From a bacterium (GTDB lineage: Bacteria > SZUA-182 > DTGQ01), in assembly GCA_023512255.1 (NCBI GenBank), contig JAILZY010000003.1, positions 29,400 to 93,399 of the forward strand: DNA of 64,000 nucleotides. The letters are read 5' to 3'. The notes beneath the pieces are model-generated. The model searched no databases, had not been told where the DNA came from, and worked only from the letters and a program-made list of their open reading frames with translations. How positions within the stretch are numbered: the first letter of the stretch is position 1; each line of letters starts with the position of its first letter. Shown piece after piece: positions 1 to 8,548 of the stretch. The position numbers and the translations under genes are program-made.

Positions 1-375
1 CGGATTCTGAAACTGGCCAAAAGCACCGCTGATCGCTACCATAAGAGCGCCCGCCAGCGCATAAATACCTTGAAATTGGATCTACAAATCTATGCCACTA
101 CTCTATTTAGTGTAATCATAATTTGCAGCACTCTAATCTATTATGCGGAACGTAACACCCCCGGCACCCCTTTTACCAGCATACCTGCGGCCATGTGGTG
201 GTGTGTGGTTACCATCACTACGGTCGGCTATGGGGATATGTATCCCGCTACCCTAGGGGGGAAACTCATCGCGGCCGCAGCTATGATCATGGGACTTGCT
301 CTTTTTGGCATCCTCATGAATGTCATCGGAAAGGCCATGATGACCTCTCTTTTTGGAACCCCAAAGCTTGATTGA
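1..375 (+). CDS. Voltage-gated-type potassium channel, C-terminal part (5' end outside window)
   Basis: The frame is open from base 1; the listed TTG at 70 is internal. It has the K+ selectivity-filter signature TTVGYGD, a pore helix and inner helix, and an S4-S5-like RILKLAKS segment. The stop is TGA at 373-375. Confidence 0.8.
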   Translation, partial: RILKLAKSTADRYHKSARQRINTLKLDLQIYATTLFSVIIICSTLIYYAERNTPGTPFTSIPAAMWWCVVTITTVGYGDMYPATLGGKLIAAAAMIMGLALFGILMNVIGKAMMTSLFGTPKLD

Positions 376-506
376 ACCCCAAAGCTTGATTGAGCGAGTG
401 CCGCACTGCTATATTATTTGAGAGCTGGACAGTTAAAATAAAATCTATTTGATCTTTTCCCCCCTTTGTATTACACTCATCCATATGTTGGGGTAAGGTC
501 AGGCAT

Positions 507-810
507 GGCTATATTATAAGCATACACTCTTATAATCTATGATTATAAGAGTTCTATCTTATAATATTTCTATCTTATATAGCTTATATAGCCTGACGAT
601 GGTAAGGGAATAGAAAGCTGGGAATTCTATGCAGTTATAGCGGGTGATGCGGCTCTATTATAAGTATACACTCTTATAATCTATGATTATAAGAGTTCTA
701 TCTTATAATCATAGATTACTTATATAATCATAGATTATCTATAATCATAGCTTATATAGCCCGGCGATAGAGGGGAATGGAAAGCCGGAAACTGTATGCA
801 GTTATAACAG
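507..810 (+). repeat. Tandem direct duplication (~145-160 bp units, 507-650 and 651-810) of the satD promoter/5' region, each carrying the perfect palindrome ctcttataatc-tat-gattataagag
   Basis: The two units are near-identical. Each has 11-bp inverted-repeat arms, at 526-550 and 671-695. Copy 2 runs into the satD start codon. Copy 1 ends in a decayed N-terminus ...YAVIAGDAALL*. Confidence 0.8.
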
Positions 811-1454
811 GTGATATAGTAAGATCGACCAGGTTTACACCGGATCAGCGGGATGGGGTGTTGTCAACCTTAAAGGCCGCTTTTGAGACTGTGAAAGATA
901 CCCTATCCGGTGCTCTGTGTACGCCCTTCTCGATTTATCGGGGAGATAGCTTTCAGGGAGTATTGGATAGACCAGAGCTTGCCCTGCGGGCAGTGCTCAT
1001 CATTCGGGCAAGTCTTGGATGCGGTTTTCTGGCTGCGCATCGCCGGCTGAGGCTCGATGCCCGGATGGCAGTAGGCATTGGAGAAGTTGATTTTCTTCCC
1101 AAGGGTTCAAGCTCCGAAGGGGACGGGGAGGCTTTTCGGCTCTCAGGGCCTGCCCTTGATAATATGGATAGGATGAGAGGGGGGCAGCGGCTGGCGATTC
1201 GAACACGGTGGCCGGAGGTTAATGCCGAATTTGATGCCGAGTGTGCCTTGCTGGATGCTCTGATCAGCAAATGGTCTGTGGGGCAGGCGCAGGTCATTAT
1301 GGCCCAGGTCAGGAATCTGACTCAAGGTGCGGCTGCCCGCGAGCTTGGTATTTCTCAGCCCGCGGTCCAACAGCGTCTGAAGCATGCTGGCGGTTGGGCA
1401 GTGGCTGAGTTCTGTCGTCGCTATGAGGAGGTTATCAGCCGACTTAAGGGGTAA
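777..1454 (+). CDS. satD: SatD-family protein: N-terminal class-III nucleotidyl-cyclase-like domain fused to a C-terminal sigma-70 region-4-type HTH
   Basis: The N-terminus YAVITGDIVRSTRF resembles the cyclase motif (a)LFaDIVGFT, and RGDSFQ resembles the second metal-Asp motif IGDAYM. The C-terminus VRNLTQGAAARELGISQPAVQQRLKHA is an ECF-sigma-like HTH. The satD/satE gene pair is known from the Streptococcus sat (ffh) locus. Confidence 0.6.
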   Translation: MESRKLYAVITGDIVRSTRFTPDQRDGVLSTLKAAFETVKDTLSGALCTPFSIYRGDSFQGVLDRPELALRAVLIIRASLGCGFLAAHRRLRLDARMAVGIGEVDFLPKGSSSEGDGEAFRLSGPALDNMDRMRGGQRLAIRTRWPEVNAEFDAECALLDALISKWSVGQAQVIMAQVRNLTQGAAARELGISQPAVQQRLKHAGGWAVAEFCRRYEEVISRLKG

Positions 1455-1456
1455 GG

Positions 1457-1535
1457 TTATTAAAAGTTTTAGGAAAGGGGTTTTAAGGGGAAAACCCTTA
1501 CTCGATAAGGGTTTTCTCCCTCGACTTGATTATGA
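1457..1535 (+). repeat. Family-3 repeat element copy A (ttaaaagttttaggaaagggg...aaggggaaaaccctta...taagggttttctccc), hairpin-forming
   Basis: About 75 % identical to 23808-23890. It contains the imperfect hairpin gggaaaaccctta/taagggttttctccc. It may also act as a weak terminator after satD. Confidence 0.6.
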
Positions 1536-1556
1536 AGGAATGGGGAAGTTTTTATT

Positions 1557-2315
1557 ATGCTGCCACAAGGTAGTGAGGTAGTATTTTTTCGCCTTATCAT
1601 GGCCCATCTTGTGGCTGACTTTCTCCTCCAGAGGGAGTGCTGGGTACGTCAGCGGTTTCAAAAAAAATGGGCTTCCCCCTGGCTTTATGCCCACGGGGCT
1701 ACAGCGTCTGCCTTAGCCTATCTTTTAGCAGGATACTGGAGGGTCTTCTGGCTGCCGATAGGCATCTTCGTCTCTCACGTTCTGCTGGATGGTTTAAAAG
1801 CCCAGCAAGAGGGAGGAGATAACAACTGTCGGGCTTTCCTCCTTGATCAGACGGGGCATCTTCTAACTATCTTAATCTTTTGGATGCTGTTGACAAAAGT
1901 CCACCTGGCTCATCTTTGGGCCATTATTTTCTCTCTATGCTCTAGCAGGACATTTTGGATTTTGGCCCTGTGCTACTTTTTGGCCCTTTGGCCAGCGGGG
2001 TTTTGGATCGGGAAAATTACCCATCCTTGGCGAAAGCAGATCGAGGAGTCAGCCTCACAGGGGCTGGCCAAGGCAGGGCTTTGGATCGGCTGTCTGGAGA
2101 GGGTATTGATACTGACCTTTGTACTTTTGAACCAATTTGGGGCTATAGGGTTTCTGATTGCCGCCAAGTCTATCTTTCGTTTCAATGAAATCAGCCTCCC
2201 TGAGCGGAGGAAGGAGGCAGAGTATATCCTGATTGGAACCATGATCAGCTTTGCTATTGCCATTGGGCTGGGGATCCTGGCCCGCTTGAGCTTGCATTAT
2301 CCTCTCCTACAGTAG
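1557..2315 (+). CDS. satE: Polytopic membrane protein, SatE/DUF3307-like, partner of SatD
   Basis: Multiple hydrophobic helices sit immediately downstream of satD. An alternative start is MAHLVADFLLQ at 1599. Confidence 0.5.
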   Translation: MLPQGSEVVFFRLIMAHLVADFLLQRECWVRQRFQKKWASPWLYAHGATASALAYLLAGYWRVFWLPIGIFVSHVLLDGLKAQQEGGDNNCRAFLLDQTGHLLTILIFWMLLTKVHLAHLWAIIFSLCSSRTFWILALCYFLALWPAGFWIGKITHPWRKQIEESASQGLAKAGLWIGCLERVLILTFVLLNQFGAIGFLIAAKSIFRFNEISLPERRKEAEYILIGTMISFAIAIGLGILARLSLHYPLLQ

Positions 2316-2326
2316 TTAGTATGGTC

Positions 2327-2448
2327 GCTCTTATTTATTAGCTACCATTGAGAGACATAACCCTAATAAAGAGCTAAGCCCTTTCGAGGGTTTATGGTTA
2401 TTCTGATATAGGGTTTATGGTGTCTGATATATAAGAGCGAGTATGGTT
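2327..2448 (+). repeat. Family-2 MITE-like repeat copy 1 (~120 bp, terminal inverted repeats tcgctcttat.../...ataagagcga)
   Basis: More than 90 % identical to 40075-40195. It has an internal hairpin gccctttcgagggt and an internal direct repeat gggtttatggt..tctgatat. Confidence 0.75.
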
Positions 2449-2491
2449 AGGGTAGGATGGCATTTATTTTCTTAAGGAGACAGACAGCTCG

Positions 2492-3124
2492 ATGATTTAC
2501 GATCTTACCATGCCCCTTTTCCCAGGCCAGGTAGTGTGGCCAAACGATCCTGAAATTGAAATCGCTCCCTTTTCCTCTATCTCCTCAGGAGATGCGGCCG
2601 ATATCTCGCTGCTTCGGTTTGGAACTCATACTGGCACCCACATTGATGCTCCAAGTCACGTTCTGGCAGGAGGAGGTGGGGTTGATCAGATTCAGCCGGA
2701 AAAACTCATTGGCCCAGCTCAGGTTCTAGATCTTACCTTTGCTCAAGAAAAGCAGATTCTTCCCACGACTATCCGGCAAGCAGGGTTTTGTCGCCTCATC
2801 CCCCGACTGCTCTTAAAGACGAAAAACTCACAATTTGCCGAGGATCAAAGATTTCATCAAGACTACATCGCCCTAAGCATTGAGGCTGCCGCCTGGCTCA
2901 TTAAGGAAGAGGTTTTTCTGATTGGGATTGACTATCTCTCCATTGAGCCCTTTGACAATGCTGACTATACCATCCACCGAATGCTGCTATCGCAGCAGGT
3001 AGTGGTAGTTGAAGGCCTGAACTTGAGGGGTGTACCAGCGGGGATTTATGAGCTTTTCTGTGCACCTTTGAAAATTGTTCAGGCTGATGGTGCCCCAGCC
3101 AGGGTTTTTCTCAGAAGCTTATAA
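2492..3124 (+). CDS. Cyclase-family protein (arylformamidase/kynurenine formamidase-like, PF04199)
   Basis: Carries the GTHIDAPSH motif and is 210 aa long, typical of the family. Confidence 0.8.
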   Translation: MIYDLTMPLFPGQVVWPNDPEIEIAPFSSISSGDAADISLLRFGTHTGTHIDAPSHVLAGGGGVDQIQPEKLIGPAQVLDLTFAQEKQILPTTIRQAGFCRLIPRLLLKTKNSQFAEDQRFHQDYIALSIEAAAWLIKEEVFLIGIDYLSIEPFDNADYTIHRMLLSQQVVVVEGLNLRGVPAGIYELFCAPLKIVQADGAPARVFLRSL

Positions 3125-4153
3125 TTGTAATTGCCTTTGAATAGCCTCGATCACTGCCTGGTGTATCTTTCCGTTAGAGGCCGCAATGCCCTGATTAGCA
3201 GAAAGCTCTTTGCCTCTTCCGAAGTCAAGGCGCTGGCCATGGATATCAGATACCACGCCTCCTGCCTCTTCCACAATTAGGGAGCCGGCTGCATGGTCCC
3301 AGATTTTCTCCCGATAGCCGCTAGATTCAGGTGAAGGAAGCCGCAGATATAGATCCGCCTCTCCCCTGGCCAGCAAACTGTATTTGGTCTGGCCATCCAT
3401 GCGGATAGGGGAAAGTGAGTTTTCAAAGCCTTGGAGAATCCTCTGCTGGGTTTGGTGGTCAGTATGGCTAGGTTCGAAGCTTTCAACTAAGCGGACCTGC
3501 CGCGGATCGCTGATCGAAGAGACCCGAAGAGGAAGGCTCTGCCTGCGGTCAAGACTGATCAGATAGGCACCTTCTCCTGCTACAGCCACAGAGAGGCTGC
3601 CCGCCTCAGGGTTATCCATCGGGCAAGAGGCCACAGGTGAGTGAAAAGAAAGGTTTGGACAGGCTAAAAGGCCAAGCTGCACTTTATGCTCAACGATGAG
3701 GGCCAGAGCAATAGCATACTGATCGAGGCGCAAAAACCCCTTAGTTCCATCAATAGGATCAAGTGTCCAGAAGCGGCCATCGGGCTGTCCAGATCCCAAG
3801 TCGATCCAATCGCATACGGCTTGTCTGCCAACCTTTCTCCCCAAGGTCTGCTCCACAGAATTCACGGTCAGCTCTAGCAGCGGCTGATTTTCTGGGCGAA
3901 TTAAGAGAGATGAGTTTTCTTCAGCTACAATGGGATCGTTCGGGAAGGCATCATTGAGGATACGGCAGATGATCGCCTGGGCGCCATAGTCGGCCACGGT
4001 AGCCGGACTGCGGTCAGTTTTCTCCACTATCCCCTTTTTCCGAGAGCCGAGCATCTCTTTTTGTACTCGATGACACAAAAATGCTGCCTTAATCAGGGCT
4101 TCAAGACCAACATTCTTTTCCTCTTCAAAGCATCCTCTATTTTTTTTCACCAA
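3119..4153 (-). CDS. 3'(2'),5'-bisphosphate nucleotidase, HAL2/SAL1-type (inositol monophosphatase superfamily)
   Basis: SPATVADYGAQAII aligns with yeast Hal2 SPVTTGDYAAQTII. It also has the WTLDPIDGTKGF metal-binding motif. Confidence 0.8.
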   Translation of the reverse strand: MVKKNRGCFEEEKNVGLEALIKAAFLCHRVQKEMLGSRKKGIVEKTDRSPATVADYGAQAIICRILNDAFPNDPIVAEENSSLLIRPENQPLLELTVNSVEQTLGRKVGRQAVCDWIDLGSGQPDGRFWTLDPIDGTKGFLRLDQYAIALALIVEHKVQLGLLACPNLSFHSPVASCPMDNPEAGSLSVAVAGEGAYLISLDRRQSLPLRVSSISDPRQVRLVESFEPSHTDHQTQQRILQGFENSLSPIRMDGQTKYSLLARGEADLYLRLPSPESSGYREKIWDHAAGSLIVEEAGGVVSDIHGQRLDFGRGKELSANQGIAASNGKIHQAVIEAIQRQLQL

Positions 4154-4224
4154 TCAATCTCCTCATTCGCTCCGGGATAATCTATAAGAGATAGGACCTC
4201 TTCGCCAAGATAAATAATAAACTC

Positions 4225-4800
4225 TTACTTATTATGATAAATAATACTCTGGAGGGATCTTTTGGGCACATGGTGTACAGACTCATTATCCCGCCAATAT
4301 CGTATATCCCCATCTTCACCTACTTCCTCAAGGCGAATCTGCTCGGCTGGTTTACCCAAGGCTAAAACCAGCAAAATCTTGTATCGCTCAGGGATAGAGA
4401 GAGCATCTCGCAATCCTTCCCGCTGAATGGAGCCGATTATGCATCCCCCAAGCCCCCTCTCCGTAGCCCCAAGCATGATGCTCATACTGGCAATGCCAGC
4501 ATCGAGATCAAAAGAGGTAGCCAGATTCGTGTCTCCCAGAATAATGATATAAGCTGATGGGCGCTCGCCTTCAGCCGGGCCTGGCCACTCCTTCAGATAA
4601 CCTGCCCAGGCCAGGTAAGGAAATATTTGGCTGTTTTCCCCTGGCTCCCAGGAGAGGTAAAATTTCAGCGGCTGGAGATTAGCTGCCGAAGGAGAGAGCC
4701 TGGCCAGATCAACCAGCTCTTCCAACTCCTTTTGGCTAATCTGAAAGCTTTGATCAAATCGCCTCACACTGCGGTTTTTGATGATCAGCTCCCGTAGCAT
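4225..4800 (-). CDS. Nitroreductase-family protein
   Basis: Carries the SPSAANLQPLKF motif of the NAD(P)H nitroreductase fold; 191 aa. Confidence 0.8.
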   Translation of the reverse strand: MLRELIIKNRSVRRFDQSFQISQKELEELVDLARLSPSAANLQPLKFYLSWEPGENSQIFPYLAWAGYLKEWPGPAEGERPSAYIIILGDTNLATSFDLDAGIASMSIMLGATERGLGGCIIGSIQREGLRDALSIPERYKILLVLALGKPAEQIRLEEVGEDGDIRYWRDNESVHHVPKRSLQSIIYHNK

Positions 4801-5082
4801 AAATTTTCCTTCCTTATCTCTTCATCTTATCTTTATGTCTCACATTATCTTTCCAAAATAAACTTTATGGAAAGCCAAATAAACCTAAGGGGAAAATTTC
4901 ACCCTCAGGTCAGGATCATTAACCATAACCCCCATCCATTATAACCCTATCCATTTCCTTTACTTCCCTATTGTATACCAATCCCTCCTCTTCTTGGAAG
5001 CCCTTTTCTACCCAGAAAGCTCTTTTTCTATCAAAAATCTTCTCAGGCTCATTTTTCAGGGTCAGCTAAGTTAATAATCAAT

Positions 5083-5598
5083 TTAAGCTGTCTTCTTATT
5101 GAGAGAGTTTGAGAGTACCCGCCACCTTTGCCCAATTTTCAACCCCTGCAAAATGCCTCGATGCAGTTGCCGATAGATGGTCTCTTTGGATACCTGACAA
5201 ATTCTGGCCGCCTCCTCAATGGTTAAAAAATCCTGATCAGGCTGGCTGCTATCGAGCATCTCAAGAGAGGCGACCATCTTCAAAGGCTGATCAAGCCCCC
5301 GGATTTCTACCACAAACCGCTGCTTGCCGGCGGCTTGCCGCAGACCTGCCTTCTCACCAAAAAGTGAGGCCACAGAAAGCTGCCCTTTATGGGCGAGCGA
5401 TGAATCCGCATCGGGCAAAGAGATATGGAAGTATCTTTCCAGGTTCGATAATAGAGGATGGGCCATCCTTGATGGAGTGGGCTGATCTGGTTTTGACGGA
5501 GCAAGGTCTGATTGTGCGGTATGTACATGATCAGATTTTATGGAAAAGAGGGGCTTTTGCTGTTCCCAGCGTCTTCTGGCAATACTGATCTTCTCCAT
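5083..5598 (-). CDS. DNA-binding protein with C-terminal excisionase/MerR-type HTH
   Basis: The C-terminus LTIEEAARICQVSKETIYRQLHRGILQGLKIGQRWRV matches the excisionase-family HTH. The antisense ORF 5109-5588 was rejected. Confidence 0.55.
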   Translation of the reverse strand: MEKISIARRRWEQQKPLFSIKSDHVHTAQSDLAPSKPDQPTPSRMAHPLLSNLERYFHISLPDADSSLAHKGQLSVASLFGEKAGLRQAAGKQRFVVEIRGLDQPLKMVASLEMLDSSQPDQDFLTIEEAARICQVSKETIYRQLHRGILQGLKIGQRWRVLSNSLNKKTA

Positions 5599-5760
5599 GT
5601 GGTCATCTCCTTATGCTGAAAGCTCAAAACGATGGAGTTAAATAAAAAGGCCGCTTGTGGTGAGAAAGTATAGCAATAGAGATGCCACTGGGGAGAGCAA
5701 AAAGAGGATCACACTCTCATGATCCACGAAAAGTGGATGAAAAACAAATAATTATCAGCC

Positions 5761-5787
5761 AAAAAAGAAAGCCACAGCTGGCTTTCT
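5761..5787 (-). terminator. Rho-independent terminator (minus strand): stem agaaagcca/tggctttct followed by a T-run
   Basis: Perfect 9-bp stem with a 4-nt loop, followed on the minus strand by TTTCTTTTTT. Confidence 0.55.
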
Positions 5788-6263
5788 CATCTTCAGAATA
5801 ATTTCATTTTTGTCAACCCTGATTTCATTTTTGACCTCCAGCCAGAAAATGAATTACCATTCTGTAACCACTTCAAAACCTCCCCGCTAAACCCCTGAAA
5901 AAATTTATCAGGCCTTTTATTCTCTCCATCGAATAGCCAGCAGAAGACGACACCCCCGTGTAATTGCAAAAGCAATGCCACCTTGGATGCCTTCCATCCC
6001 CTTACTGGCCACTGCATTGAAAAATAAAGCCTTTAAACCAGAAGCTAAGCTTGCGGCCAACCAACCCTATCCTCTGAGCTTAGATTACAACTCTGTAATC
6101 AGATGACAGAAACGGCTTACGGTTTTGTTAGCCAAGCAAGCCGCTAGAGCCCGCTTGGTATCAAAATAGAGGGACTCACCAGAGAGGATTAGCCCACCAT
6201 CAAAAAAAGGGAGAGCGGGGATGAAGTTTAGTGGCTTCTCTTCTAGTAGTGGGTTTCTCTATA

Positions 6264-6316
6264 TTAAAAAAAGAGGCAGTGAGAGGGGCTAGCGTCCCTT
6301 TTTCTCACCGCCTCTT
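6264..6316 (-). terminator. Rho-independent terminator of the 6351-8450 gene
   Basis: Stem gaggcggtgaga/tctcactgcctc (13 bp, 1 mismatch) followed by TTTTTTT on the minus strand, directly downstream of the gene stop. Confidence 0.7.
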
Positions 6317-6350
6317 TTGCGGTCAGCTCTTTTGGTATATTACCAGACAG

Positions 6351-8450
6351 CTATTTGCGGAAAAATCCCGGTCGAATCGAATTGATGAAGCATTCGTACC
6401 AGTGGTCAGCCTCTTTCTTGGAAGATGGAGGAGCTGTCGTGGTTGTTGTTGGCTGGGTCATTGCGGCTACCTCCTCTTCGGTTGCGGTAAACCAGCTACT
6501 CGTGTGCTTGGCAGATACCCTGGCAAACAGGAGGTTATTCCGGTATACGAGCTCGATGCGCTCGCCATGGGCCGTATTAGGAATAAATAGCTCGGGTGCT
6601 TTTCCGATCCGCTGGAAATAGATACCGTATCGCTTGGGGGCATTGGGGCCAGGCGCCTCATAGTCTGGCGAGGCCGGATTTTGCGACTGCTCGGTTATCA
6701 GCCGATTAGCGTAGATGTCATCGAGCGCCTTATCTTGGTCCTCCTGAGAAAGAGAATTGAATGTGGGATATGTATCTTGCAGGTATTTTTGAAGCCCTTT
6801 GTGCAAAGGAATCTCGATCACGATCGGACCGGCTGAAGCCCTTACATCTTCAGAAGGATCATACTCAAACGATTTTCCAGTTTCGTCAGTGAAATTGATA
6901 CTGACAATCGTGATATCGGATTTGTCCTGAAGCGGCTTGAGTTCAACCGCAAGATTAAAGCGGGTTGCAGCCAGCTTATTCGGATCAACATAGTTCTCCT
7001 GCGTACCCTTAAGATAGTTAAGGCTAATTTCGCTGGTATTAACCTCGGCTGATAGTTCACGAGAGGTAGTAGTATCAACGTAGAAGTTTCCATTGATCGT
7101 CATTGAGCCTACCGATTTGATTTCATTTCCGGTAAAGCTGTTGGTAATCTGGGCAATGCTTGCCTTGGTTACATCTACCGTTCCAGAGGTGGGTACATCC
7201 ACTTCTACCGTCGTCTTGAATTCATCGACATCATTAGGTTTATCGGTCGTGGTTTTAAAGGAAATGGTGTAGCGGGTATTACCTCCATTGGCCTCCCTTT
7301 TGACATAATATGATTCAGGATCAATAGTCATAAAAATATGCTTAATAGAGGGGCCAAACGATGTGTCAGTCTTAAATTGCGGTTGGTCGATAAAACCAGG
7401 GTAGTTGACTGAATTAGAATCGGCTGGAAACTCTACCCTCTGGCCGGTAGGAGTTGTCCCATCGCCTGGTTTGAAAAAGTGTAATATCATCTTGGTACTT
7501 TGGGGCCAATCCCCTATCTGACCATTCCAGTTTCTGTAGGCAAAGCGAAGCTCAAGTTTTTTGCTTGAGTTAATTTTTCGCACCAGCGCAATTCGCGACT
7601 TCATCTTGGTTACATTGATGGAATACTCAGCACCATCAGCTTGGTTAGCTGCTATATCAAGTTTCTTTAACTCACTCCGGTAACCATCGCTCTCCACTAC
7701 TGCCCAGTAAGTCTTGCCCGGCGGCAGATCGAACTCAGTACCATTAAGGTCAGTCATCGGGCCTATCTTGCGCTCCATCGTCCGGTCTGCATTCCATAGC
7801 CTGATGATATATGAACTTTCATCCCATGGTAAGGTGCTGTCACCAGAGCTAATAACAGGCTTAATCTTCACCTTACATAACTGCTCAACAAAATTGATCT
7901 TGACCGGAGTCGGACTCAATTCCTGAAGTAGGTTTTGCCCGACAAAGCCCTCGATAGTAACAAAAGTAACTCTCCCGGCTGCTACCTTACTGCCAGGCCC
8001 TTTATTGATGGTAAAGGGGAGGGTAAGGAAGCTCTCTCCGCTGGGCGTCCAAGTCTCAAGGTCATCGGAGCTATTCATTCCGACACAGGCACTGATCATG
8101 GCCATATTGGCTGGCCCTTCTTCACCGTCCTGCCTAATCAGTGGGTTTATGGCTACAAATAGTTTGTCGCTTGAGGCAATAGAGTTTGAATCAAGGTTAC
8201 CCAAAATCAAGTAATTCGGATCATAAGATATCTGGAGTGTAAAATGCTGAACCCCACTAGAAGGGGAAAACAGCAGGGGGATCTGAACCGTGGAATCAGA
8301 CGTTTTTACCTCCATTGACGGATTCTTACTGAGCAGGCAGTAGGTTGTCACTGCCTGACCAGGACTATAAGCCAACTGCAACATAAGACCTAAAATCACT
8401 GGTATCAGCCAAAATCTTAATTTAGCCAAGGATACATCCTCCTCTCTCAT
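6351..8450 (-). CDS. Large secreted hypothetical protein (699 aa, signal peptide, Thr-rich linker)
   Basis: A long ORF with an N-terminal hydrophobic signal, LIPVILGLMLQLAYS. No recognised catalytic motif. Confidence 0.7.
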   Translation of the reverse strand: MREEDVSLAKLRFWLIPVILGLMLQLAYSPGQAVTTYCLLSKNPSMEVKTSDSTVQIPLLFSPSSGVQHFTLQISYDPNYLILGNLDSNSIASSDKLFVAINPLIRQDGEEGPANMAMISACVGMNSSDDLETWTPSGESFLTLPFTINKGPGSKVAAGRVTFVTIEGFVGQNLLQELSPTPVKINFVEQLCKVKIKPVISSGDSTLPWDESSYIIRLWNADRTMERKIGPMTDLNGTEFDLPPGKTYWAVVESDGYRSELKKLDIAANQADGAEYSINVTKMKSRIALVRKINSSKKLELRFAYRNWNGQIGDWPQSTKMILHFFKPGDGTTPTGQRVEFPADSNSVNYPGFIDQPQFKTDTSFGPSIKHIFMTIDPESYYVKREANGGNTRYTISFKTTTDKPNDVDEFKTTVEVDVPTSGTVDVTKASIAQITNSFTGNEIKSVGSMTINGNFYVDTTTSRELSAEVNTSEISLNYLKGTQENYVDPNKLAATRFNLAVELKPLQDKSDITIVSINFTDETGKSFEYDPSEDVRASAGPIVIEIPLHKGLQKYLQDTYPTFNSLSQEDQDKALDDIYANRLITEQSQNPASPDYEAPGPNAPKRYGIYFQRIGKAPELFIPNTAHGERIELVYRNNLLFARVSAKHTSSWFTATEEEVAAMTQPTTTTTAPPSSKKEADHWYECFINSIRPGFFRK

Positions 8451-8548
8451 ATTTCATATCTTACAGCAAGTTGCAGGATTTCATATTGTAATCATTGTCA
8501 TGCCAGATTTTTATTTGAAGAATATTCATGTGCCCTAACTTACCTGGA

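Noticed and set aside
358-393. 18-bp tandem duplication accccaaagcttgattga x2 spanning the K+ channel stop codon
   Set aside because: It is a tiny local duplication that recreates the stop. It has no functional implication beyond a slippage footprint.
953-1385. Antisense ORFs inside satD (953-1297, 1000-1206, 1143-1385) and similar shadow ORFs inside hemL (17281-17820), the ABC permease (16278-16784), the HYR giant (58810-59496 and others) and the HTH gene (5109-5588)
   Set aside because: These are shadow ORFs of GC-rich or repetitive genes. The sense-strand products have clear family motifs.
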